Source: an uncultured archaeon (GTDB taxonomy: Archaea; Thermoplasmatota; Penumbrarchaeia; JASLWR01). From it: 35,697 bases of DNA. Location of the stretch: the NCBI GenBank assembly GCA_964342815.1, contig CAYFHS010000043.1, positions 1 through 35,697 of the forward strand, in the 5' to 3' direction. Both the position numbers and the translations under genes were made by a program. A model generated the notes under the pieces. The model did not search any database. It was not told where the DNA came from and worked only from the letters and a program-made list of their open reading frames with translations. Within the stretch, counting starts at the first letter, position 1, and each line of letters starts with the position of its first letter. Shown in pieces: positions 20,542 through 29,200 of this stretch.

Positions 20542-21090
20542 GAATCCGGAATTGAGACGTTCGTCCAGAGTACAATAACCTGATTTTTCAATTATCAACC
20601 TGCACCGGGAACAGAACCGTTCCGATTTAGCATCAGTGTCCAGAAGATTGTTCGAAAAGAACATTACGCAGTCCATTCTGGAACAGTGGGATAGACCCAT
20701 GGTATGACCGAGCTCGTGAACTGCCTCTTTAAGACATCTTTTTTGAAAAATTATATTGTCTTTATTTTTTTGGGGATCTATCCCGAACCGCAGTCTTGAA
20801 ACGGAGATCACAGCGGCCTTTCCGCCTTTTTGGGCGAGCCCGAATACGAAGTTCAACTTTTTTACATAAAGATCCTTTTCTGTAATTCCAAGAACACGGT
20901 AGGACTGACATTTCTCGGCGGTCTCGAGGAATTTTCCTGCAAGGAACTGCTGTCGTTTTTTGCTGTACGAACCCTTTGGTACGGCAAGCTCATTTCTGAG
21001 TTTAACCGTCATACCGAACAGTTTGAGTTTCTCTGCCAGAAAAAATAGAATCTCCTTTTCGCACTTACCTATTGGAAGCAGTGATATCAC
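20524..21090 (-). CDS. amzA: Archaemetzincin (Zn metalloprotease, peptidase M54)
   Basis: HELGHTMGLSHC Zn-binding motif; CVMFFSN Met-turn; Cys4 site C..C...FC..C; LNFVFGLA. Confidence 0.93.
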   Translation of the reverse strand: MISLLPIGKCEKEILFFLAEKLKLFGMTVKLRNELAVPKGSYSKKRQQFLAGKFLETAEKCQSYRVLGITEKDLYVKKLNFVFGLAQKGGKAAVISVSRLRFGIDPQKNKDNIIFQKRCLKEAVHELGHTMGLSHCSRMDCVMFFSNNLLDTDAKSERFCSRCRLIIEKSGYCTLDERLNSGFSSIGE

Positions 21091-21117
21091 AGAATCACTC
21101 TCCGAACATTATGCTCG

Positions 21118-22056
21118 TTAAATATACTCTACCCGTGGTATAAGCGAGATTATTTTCTCCCACGTCGTTAAGTCCTCGATCTCTTCCGCCACCAAAAAGC
21201 TGCCTTGATTCTTGATCTTAACAACCGATATACCAAGGAAGTATTTTCCAGACAAATCCTCACTGTCCAGCCATAAGAGGAGGACAATCTTGACATCTCT
21301 CCCGACTACGTAGCCGGGTTCATCCGCACCCTTGGGAATTTCTGCGACATATTCGTAATAGAATGCCCGCTGTCCCTCGATCTTGTACTCGTAAGTCCTG
21401 GATTCGATCAAACCTAAAAGGCGGATATTTCGATAATTAAGTACTTCATTCATCCTTTCGTCCGCATAGTACATAATAGTACCCTTGTCCATCTCATCTA
21501 TTGTCTTGAAGCCGCCGATATGTATCTCACCGTAGAAAGGGGGTTCGGGAGACAGCTGTTTTATACTATTGGTGTAGACAGTTTCTATCTGGTGGACCGG
21601 CACAACGGGAAGCCCTATCATTTCCAGATAATCTGTTCCTTCCTTTTCATAGGCTTGTTCCCTTTCGAAATATACATTTTTAGGATTGTATTCTCCAGTG
21701 GGATATTTCTCCCCCCCTGGATATTTGTAGGACAGCTCATCATCGGGAAGATCAGGTCTAGAAACATTGCTTACGTTGTAATATAGATAACCGAGATATC
21801 CGGTCGTCGCCACAATAATAAATGCAAGTCCGAAAACTATGATACGCCGTATACCGCTCATCTTTCTCTTAGTTAGTTTTTTCCTTGTCCTGATAACTCC
21901 CTGGGGTAGATTTTCGGGTGTCTCATCTCGTTGTTCTGTATTTTCCTTTTCCCTCTCCTGTATTGTATTTTCCCCGACGTCTCTATCGGTAGGAACCGGA
22001 GTAACCGTATCCTGATAATTGTCGTCTAATAATTCCTCATTTGAATCGAATGGCAT
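21118..22056 (-). CDS. Type II membrane-anchored protein of unknown function (charged N-tail, single TM, beta-rich ectodomain, possibly PsbP/Mog1-like)
   Basis: 312-aa ORF; basic cluster RKKLTKRK then IIVFGLAFIIVATTGYLGYLYY. The fold guess is inference only. Confidence 0.65.
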   Translation of the reverse strand: MPFDSNEELLDDNYQDTVTPVPTDRDVGENTIQEREKENTEQRDETPENLPQGVIRTRKKLTKRKMSGIRRIIVFGLAFIIVATTGYLGYLYYNVSNVSRPDLPDDELSYKYPGGEKYPTGEYNPKNVYFEREQAYEKEGTDYLEMIGLPVVPVHQIETVYTNSIKQLSPEPPFYGEIHIGGFKTIDEMDKGTIMYYADERMNEVLNYRNIRLLGLIESRTYEYKIEGQRAFYYEYVAEIPKGADEPGYVVGRDVKIVLLLWLDSEDLSGKYFLGISVVKIKNQGSFLVAEEIEDLTTWEKIISLIPRVEYI

Positions 22057-22130
22057 GGTAAGACACCTTGGAAGTGATACTAAAATGCTACAATACCCAA
22101 ACAGGCAATGTCGAATGTATCTATCTTTGG

Positions 22131-22167
22131 ATATATAAATATCTACCTATTATCGGAATATAATCTG
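22131..22167 (-). promoter_or_regulatory. Copy 1 of a 37-bp duplicated promoter element (contains TATA TTTATATA on the minus strand)
   Basis: ATATATAAATATCTACCTATTATCGGAAT is identical to 23156-23184; 35/37 identity to 23156-23192. Confidence 0.75.
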
Positions 22168-22207
22168 GCTTAATGTGGCTTAATTTTTATAAACAGCTTT
22201 TAATAAC

Positions 22208-23062
22208 TCATTTTAACACGAATGATTTCTCGTGATCTAGGAAATAGATTTCCTCAGAATTGTAAAAAACCCTCACCATTATCTTTTGTCCTATTAGCGT
22301 TCGAACTTCCTCTAAGGACTCATTGAGTTTGAATCCGAAATCGGTTGTCAATCTATCGGGATCAGTTATTCCCTTACTATCCAACTGATATCGGAGCCCA
22401 GTCTCATTCTCTATGAATATACGGTATCCATTCCAATCAATATCATTCTTCCAATCGTGATGTGAAATCCTTATCCATCGGGCATCAAGTGTATCCAATT
22501 CAATCCCATCTTCCATACCATCGGTAAGCTTGGCTAAAAGCCCCTCCTTGGGATACTTCCCTTCATAGTCCACCCATCCATACAGGTCATCTTCATCCCG
22601 AGTTAAAGGTCCCAGATCGTAATCCAGTCCTACACCGAAATAGACGGTTTCCTTAGCAATATTTTTCCCGTTATCATCCTTAACAGTTATTCTCAAAGTT
22701 ATCTCGCATGGATCTGTAAGACTATCGGTCCATTCGATCTGCTTAACACTTTCCCCGATCATATTCTTTCGTTTAGAAGACCCCCATGCCATATCGCCCT
22801 TAACGTCCCCGTTTCCCGTTACCAATACTCCTGATACAGTAAATGTATATGAAAATCCTGTGCAGTTCTCGAGAGTAGCATAGATTGTCATAAACTCATT
22901 AGGTAGGGGATCTGTAGGATCAATCCGGACTCCTGTTATCTTGGGAACTCCGACGTTGGTCTTCTTTTCATCTTCTGGAACTGACCCGTCCTCAAGACAA
23001 CCGACCATGGTTCCTCCTAAAAATATGAGGAAAGTAAATACAAACAGAATATCTATTCTCAT
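22208..23062 (-). CDS. Predicted lipoprotein of unknown function
   Basis: 284 aa; short hydrophobic N-terminus ending in the archaeal lipobox-like VGCL followed by an acidic linker. Confidence 0.7.
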   Translation of the reverse strand: MRIDILFVFTFLIFLGGTMVGCLEDGSVPEDEKKTNVGVPKITGVRIDPTDPLPNEFMTIYATLENCTGFSYTFTVSGVLVTGNGDVKGDMAWGSSKRKNMIGESVKQIEWTDSLTDPCEITLRITVKDDNGKNIAKETVYFGVGLDYDLGPLTRDEDDLYGWVDYEGKYPKEGLLAKLTDGMEDGIELDTLDARWIRISHHDWKNDIDWNGYRIFIENETGLRYQLDSKGITDPDRLTTDFGFKLNESLEEVRTLIGQKIMVRVFYNSEEIYFLDHEKSFVLK

Positions 23063-23155
23063 GCATAACCATTCCTAAGGGTTCCATCTATCTTCCAAAG
23101 GAATCCTTATTGTCAATATTTATCAATACCGACTCCCGGACATATCCACTTTTGA

Positions 23156-23192
23156 ATATATAAATATCTACCTATTATCGGAATTCAATCTG
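23156..23192 (-). promoter_or_regulatory. Copy 2 of the 37-bp duplicated promoter element
   Basis: See 22131-22167; lies upstream of the 22208..23062 start. Confidence 0.75.
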
Positions 23193-23470
23193 AATACATT
23201 GAAGTTTGGTTTTACCCTGTTCTCCCATTATCTTCCCGACTAATATCCCCTGATACCACAAATAAATGTCCCCTCAGCACCCGACCATCATCACTTACTG
23301 AACATACTAATCCACCAATTAATATCTCCTGTATTTTATACGGCGATATAGTCCATAGCGATCCTAAATCCTTTTTTAAAAAATATCAAATCGTAGTGTT
23401 ATCCCGCAGATAATGCAGGTGAAGTGAGTGAAAAAATGGTAACTTATTCTTGCGTACACCCTAAGTACAG

Positions 23471-23486
23471 CCGAAAATTATAATAA
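23471..23486 (+). promoter_or_regulatory. BRE-TATA promoter upstream of the psmA leader
   Basis: CCGAAAATTATAATAA, predicting a transcription start near 23507-23511. Confidence 0.55.
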
Positions 23487-23510
23487 TCCACATAGTAATA
23501 ACCAATAAAA

Positions 23511-23695
23511 GTGACCCAAAATGGCTCACCAATGTTGATGTGACTGCTGTCACATCGCACTTGCCCACAGGTTCGTGGTCAAACCTTGTCAAGATGAGCC
23601 AGGTGTCTCATCTTTACAATTAAAGGCGACCCTGCTGGCTCGCCACACTTTCAAGCCGAGCCAGAAGGACTCGACTTGTCAATTGAAACGACAGA
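23511..23695 (+). ncRNA. Candidate structured 5' leader or ncRNA with 5-6 consecutive hairpins
   Basis: Stems at 23511-29, 23537-56 (8 bp perfect), 23561-82, 23591-614 (8 bp perfect), 23635-64 (8 bp perfect) and 23677-93. No family recognised. Confidence 0.5.
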
Positions 23696-24419
23696 AAAAG
23701 GGATATCGATGCATCAAGAAAATACTCAATATGACATGACTATCACACAGTTCTCACCGGATGGTCGAATATTACAGGTAGAATACGCTCGAGAGGCCGT
23801 AAAAAGGGGATCGCTCGCCTCCGCTATCAAGTATAAGGGCGGAGTCCTCGTAATGGCGGACCGTCAGTATAACTCTCCACTAATGGAAAAATCCTCAAAG
23901 AAAAAGATTTCTCTCATTCATTCCAATTGTTGTTTGGTATCGTCCGGTCTCGTTGCAGACTCGAGAGTACTGATCGATTTTGCGAGAAGGGTTGCCGCCT
24001 ACAATCTCGTTCGTTACTCAGAGCCCATTGACATCAATACACTGGTTACAAGAGTTTCCAATATAAAGAGGTCCATGACCCAATACGGGGGAAGCCGGCC
24101 TTTCGGAGTTTCGCTTCTTTTTTGCGGAACGGAGAACGGGAGACCATATATTTTTGAAACAGACCCAAGCGGTGCTTTCAAGGAGTTCCACGCCACAGCC
24201 ATTGGTTTGAACGTCCAAGAGGCAAAGGAAATATTGTCCGAATTAGATACCGATTTCGCCGAGAAAAACACTATTAAGGATTCATTTGATTTCCTGGTTG
24301 AAACATTTGGTAAATTGGATGAAAATTTCGATAAGGAAAATCTTGAAATATGTATTTGTGAGGATGATGCTCTGAAAAATTTCGGATATGGGGATTTTTT
24401 GGAGTACATCGGTGGATGA
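23676..24419 (+). CDS. psmA: 20S proteasome alpha subunit (divergent); probable start ATG 23709
   Basis: YDMTITQFSPDGRILQVEYAREAVKRG alpha-signature; SGLVADSR; TQYGGSRPFGVSLL; ETDPSG. Confidence 0.92.
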   Translation: MSIETTEKGISMHQENTQYDMTITQFSPDGRILQVEYAREAVKRGSLASAIKYKGGVLVMADRQYNSPLMEKSSKKKISLIHSNCCLVSSGLVADSRVLIDFARRVAAYNLVRYSEPIDINTLVTRVSNIKRSMTQYGGSRPFGVSLLFCGTENGRPYIFETDPSGAFKEFHATAIGLNVQEAKEILSELDTDFAEKNTIKDSFDFLVETFGKLDENFDKENLEICICEDDALKNFGYGDFLEYIGG

Positions 24420-24759
24420 TGGTTTCAATGGGATCGAAATGACCACTTTTTCTATAGAGGATGCTGTTTTTGAAGGGAAAAACGGAATAATTGTATCTAT
24501 ACGTGTCACCCCTTCCGCAAAAAAGAACGAGGTGACGGGTTATGATAATTGGAGAAAGCGAATAAATGTTAATGTATCCCAATCTCCGGAAGATGGAAAA
24601 GCCAATAAACAATTGACTGCCTTTTTTCGCTCATTATTCCCAGAGGGTACCAGTATAAGGATCATCGCGGGCAAGAAGACCAGGGACAAGCGTTTAACGG
24701 TTGAAGGGATTGGAATAGAAACGGTTCAGAAAGTTCTCCTTAGGCTGATGGATGAATAA
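24388..24759 (+). CDS. DUF167/YggU (UPF0235) family protein; probable start ATG 24439
   Basis: IRVTPSAKKNEV..YDNWRKRINVNVSQSPEDGKANKQL..IIAGKKTRDK pattern. Confidence 0.88.
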   Translation: MGIFWSTSVDDGFNGIEMTTFSIEDAVFEGKNGIIVSIRVTPSAKKNEVTGYDNWRKRINVNVSQSPEDGKANKQLTAFFRSLFPEGTSIRIIAGKKTRDKRLTVEGIGIETVQKVLLRLMDE

Positions 24760-25204
24760 CGGGGTATATACCTTGTATGATGAGAAACTGCACCAGGATA
24801 TTGAAAAAATAATCAATCATTTTATTGAAATGAATTTAACCGTACCTGTCATCGTCGAGGGATTGAACGACGTCAAAGCCCTGCGCAACCTCGAGATGAC
24901 AGGTAATATAATTTCTTTTAACTGCGGACTGAGCATTGTGAATTTCTCGGAAACGATAGCAAAGGATCATGATACTGTAATACTGCTTCCGGATTGGGAT
25001 CATAAAGGAATCAAGATAATGAAAGAATGGAGAAAACAGTTCCGTGCAATGGATGTCAAGATCATTGACGAGATCTGGGTTAAATTGTTCAAGATAACGA
25101 AAAAGGAGATAACATGCGTTGAGGAATTGGACCGATTAGTTTTCAGACTACGTGAAAATGGTATCAAGAGAGATGGACGAATGCCAAATCCCCCATTTTA
25201 CTAA
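24752..25204 (+). CDS. Small stand-alone TOPRIM-domain protein (UPF0292 / RNase M5-like)
   Basis: VIVEGLNDVKALR and VILLPDWDHKG (TOPRIM E and DxD motifs); 8-nt overlap with the upstream gene. Confidence 0.88.
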   Translation: MNNGVYTLYDEKLHQDIEKIINHFIEMNLTVPVIVEGLNDVKALRNLEMTGNIISFNCGLSIVNFSETIAKDHDTVILLPDWDHKGIKIMKEWRKQFRAMDVKIIDEIWVKLFKITKKEITCVEELDRLVFRLRENGIKRDGRMPNPPFY

Positions 25205-26107
25205 TCAATAATCCTGTTCACGAATTCTTTTCGTAAATAACCATCTTGCCAGGAACAAAAGCGCGAACATCCAACCAATAAGGCAGGTCATGGGTAGCCA
25301 CGGAGGAATTCCGTGAATATTTCTTGTGGAGAACACATAAGCGATGGCATTCTGATAGTTCATAACTGGGTTGGCAAGCCCAACGGTATCTATTGCTATA
25401 AGGCTCTTCTCGGCCCCCTCTTGGAAAAGATTGATGTCAACTCCTGCTAAAGCCTGGACCAATAGGGTGATAAGCGGCCATATGAAAGTATATATTAAAA
25501 ACAGCATGATCCCTGATATTATTGCCTCCCCGCCAGATCTGGACATAGTTGCGAAAAGAAGTGAGAACAATACGAAGGTGGCGATGAATATAAGGGAGAA
25601 GAACCAAAATCCCAATATCCCCAAACTGTCGGGACTATAACCCATTCTGCCGCGAATTATTAGGATTATAAATGGGATGGCAATGGTAACGGGAATACTA
25701 AGAGCTGCTGTAATACCCAGGAATTTTCCGGTAATTATGGTGCTTGGTTTCATGGGTTTGCAGACTAGGATGTCCACGGTCCGGCTGTTCAATTCCTCGG
25801 TAATGCTATTCGAACCGAAAATGACCACGATCAGAGCCATAACGTAAGCCAGAATCGGTGATGTGGTTGAAAGTATATCGTTTGGTTCATCAAGATTCAA
25901 ACGCAGCATCATTATCTCATCCGTTTCGGTTAAGCCGTAGGTTGAGGCGAGCATGACGAAAAGAAAAAAGCCAGCTGCAACCAGCATCTTTACCGAAAAG
26001 AAGTTACGTTTGAACTCAAAGGCGGCCACTGCTGAAAGATTGTGAAACCATCTTGGCTCCATCCGTTTTTGGGGGGGAATATCAGTACGAACCTCAGCAG
26101 TTTTCAC
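25205..26107 (-). CDS. ABC-2 type / NosY-like transporter permease
   Basis: Six-TM pattern with SITEELNSRTVDILVCKPMKPSTIITGKFLG motif; GTG start. Confidence 0.88.
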   Translation of the reverse strand: MKTAEVRTDIPPQKRMEPRWFHNLSAVAAFEFKRNFFSVKMLVAAGFFLFVMLASTYGLTETDEIMMLRLNLDEPNDILSTTSPILAYVMALIVVIFGSNSITEELNSRTVDILVCKPMKPSTIITGKFLGITAALSIPVTIAIPFIILIIRGRMGYSPDSLGILGFWFFSLIFIATFVLFSLLFATMSRSGGEAIISGIMLFLIYTFIWPLITLLVQALAGVDINLFQEGAEKSLIAIDTVGLANPVMNYQNAIAYVFSTRNIHGIPPWLPMTCLIGWMFALLFLARWLFTKRIREQDY

Positions 26108-26236
26108 GGATTACCGCACCTCGAGATATATTTCAATATGTAATTTCCGTTTTTTTTGAGTTATGGAAAGGATTCCAGCTCACCCAAGGTATCGACTCAA
26201 AGGTAATAATAGTTGTTCATCGTATCTCATTTCACT

Positions 26237-29200
26237 CTAACTACCCGGTTTACAGCAACCGATTGATTCGATTATGGGAATCGTATGCTCTTTGTGGAAC
26301 CGTGTAATTCGATCCAGTTCATCCAATATTTTGGTTTTCTCTTCGCCTGTTATACGATAGGTCAGATCCACGATCTCCCCGCCCTCAAGACCCTCCGAGG
26401 ACATGAAAGTTCCGCCAAGTACCGTCAAATAGACCGGCATTGAATCCTTTCGATTTGCAGCTGCCCATATCCTGCACCAAGCCTGGGAAGTGGATTTTAC
26501 GTTATAACCACCGCCTCCAAGCAGGAGAAGTTGCTTGCTGTAATCCCTTATACGCTTTACCGCCTCCACCATCCCGTTATTTGTGAGATTGAGATCTGTC
26601 AAAGGATCGTTCTTGTGCGTATCTGCACCCACGACCGCCACTACGACATTAGGCTGGAACTGATTTACCGCTTGTGTAACGATTCCGTCGAATACCATTT
26701 CGAAAGACTCGTCATCGGTACCCGGTGGAAGAGGAATATTAATATTGTAACCCTGGCCTTTATTTTCTCCGATCTCATCTTCGAAACCGGACCAGGGGTA
26801 CAATGACTTCCCCGTCTGGTGCAGTGAAACGGTCAATACGCGGTCATCTTTGTAGTATGCACTCTGAACACCGTTCCCATGATGCGCGTCAATATCGATA
26901 TATGCTACCCTTAATCCATGAGCAAGGAAGGCGTCTATAGCCATTATTACGTCGTTAACATAGCAAAATCCTTCCGCCCAATTGCGGCTGGCATGATGAA
27001 AACCTCCAAGAGGATTGAATACAACGTTGGCGTTCTCATTAATAATAAGATCTACGCCGGTCAGTGTGGCCGATGTATAAAGAAGAATGTAATCGAAAAG
27101 ATTTTTGAAAACAGGTGTATCTTCACCACCCAGGTTGAATTTTATCAATGACTCGTCCCATACGCCCGAGTTTGCCCTTTCGAGAGCTCCTATGAAAGTT
27201 GGGTCGTGTGATTCGATCAACCGCTCCCTTCCTATAATTCGTGGTTCCTCCATACGCATCCAGGGTTCCTTGAGGAATCCTTCTTTATTGATAAGACGAA
27301 GTGTAGATCCTGCCCGGTCAGGTCGGAACGGATGTCCTTCACCGTAAGAATAATCATTAAATCGTCCTGAATAGACTATGATACTGTCCTTGGGCCTTTC
27401 GATATCCTCTTCTGGGAAACGGAGCATGAAAATACATATGCCTGAATCAAAGTGTTTCTCGGCGGTGGGCCAAGCCTTGGTAAGCAGTGCCATGGTTGGT
27501 GCGTTGTCAACTATAACCTCTGCATAAACTCCAGCTAGACCCCGGGAATATGCAATCTTCTTCAAATAATTGGCAAGAAAAGTCCCGATCCCTCTTCCCT
27601 GAACCTCCTCCGTGACAACTATGTCGAACTCACCCATTTTATTAGCTGGATTGTACATGTACCGACCTTCTGCAATTACCCTGGGATTGCTGGGGGGTCC
27701 AACCAGTCCGATGATGGCGACATCCTGGCTGTAATCGATATAGGTAATACTCTGCAAATTTTCGGCAGTGAGTGTTTTCACCGCTCCGTGATACCTCATC
27801 CTTATGGTCTCCTCCGATAGGGAATAGAACATACGCTGTATTCTGCGGGCGTCTGAGGGTTTTACAGGTCGGAAATAAACATTGAGCTCCGTGGAGTCAA
27901 CTTTTGTAGAAATAGGTTCATCAAGAGAATACGGGTGGCCTTCTATGGTAGGGAATAAGTTTGAGGGTGACTTTGGTGAATATCTGCCATAAAATGTATG
28001 ATGGAAAGAGTACTGATGGGGATAAATGCATCCCGGATCAATGGGTAGAAAGAGATCATTGGATATGTACTGGAAACGTTTTGCCTCTTCGAAAAGCTGT
28101 CTACGAAACTTGGGATGAGCTATAGAGATAAGCGCAATCGCTCTCTCGCGGATGGAGAGCCCTCGTAAATATACCGAACCATATTCGGTAACAACGATGT
28201 CCACTTTTGCCCTGTTGTAATATACTCCCTGACCGGAACTCTCCGGAACGATCCTGGATTGCAGACCGTCTATGGAGGTGGAGTACAGAGCCATGATCAC
28301 CAGACCGTTCTTAGAGCGGCGGGTACCATCGATGAAGTCGGTGCTGCTGGGAAGGCTGCGTGTGTTCGAAACGCTCGTGGTGTCCAATCTAGCGAGGCCG
28401 CTCAATTCCATTTCTTGAACAGTGAGGACCGACACCATGTTGTCATTTCGGGAAATAACAAAAGGATTGTTCACGTACTCGATGGGGTACAACCTAATAT
28501 TGGGATTCTCATTTACTGCCTCGTAGAGCTCCTTTGAGCCCATGGCCAGGGTGGCAACCGTAGTCCCCTTGTTAATATTTTTCTTCCTGTTGGTAACCGC
28601 CCCTGATTTGATCAGACGTAATAGGTCATCCGTAATTATGTCGGTATGGATTCCGAGGTCATTTTTACTATCCAGATATCTTGTTGTGGCCGAACTGATG
28701 GAGGTACGGTCAAAATGCAAAGTCATACCCCCGTTGATGAGTTTCGCTATATGTCGGCCTATAGTTAATGAAATCGGGTCCAGTCCTGGAGATGGAACCT
28801 CTATCAGAGGAGCATTTCCTTTGACAAAGTAGTTGATGCTCTCCGCGGAAATGTGGGTATCCCCTAGAGTGACCGGCATGTTCTCGTTCACCTGGGCTAT
28901 CACCAGGTCTGCGTTCTCCACCGCGGCCTTTGCTATATCTACAGATACTCCCAGGCTGCATTTATCTGATGAATCCGGTTCGGAGATCTGGATGAGTGCG
29001 ACATCAAGACAAATAATACCGGCAGCTATGGCATCAGGAAGCTCGCTCAGGTTTATGGGTGTATAATCTGCGATACCCTCCGTGACGGCCGATTCCAATC
29101 CTCGACCAATATAGAATGTATTGTATCGAAAACTGTTTACGAACTCAGGACGAGCCAATCTCGATTCTCCCTGGGCCATCATGTGAATGAGGCGGATGTC

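Noticed and set aside
23210-23385. 57-codon open frame on the minus strand in the long intergenic region (YFLKKDLGSL...EDNGRTG)
   Set aside because: No ATG and only late alternative starts, no recognisable similarity, and it ends just upstream of the duplicated promoter. It cannot be supported as a gene or pseudogene.
23521-23739. ATG-GCT-CAC-CAA-TGT-TGA-TGT-GAC-TGC-TGT: if TGA were read as selenocysteine this gives a 72-aa Cys-rich ORF (MAHQCUCDCCH...) with a hairpin at the TGA
   Set aside because: The rest of the peptide resembles nothing I recognise and overlaps psmA out of frame. No Sec machinery is in the window, and the Cys codons are a by-product of the TGTGA/TCACA palindrome. A 5-codon uORF (MAHQC) remains possible.
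25205-26107. Orphan ABC permease without an ATPase as a novel system
   Set aside because: Split ABC-2 loci are common; the ATPase is probably elsewhere in the genome.
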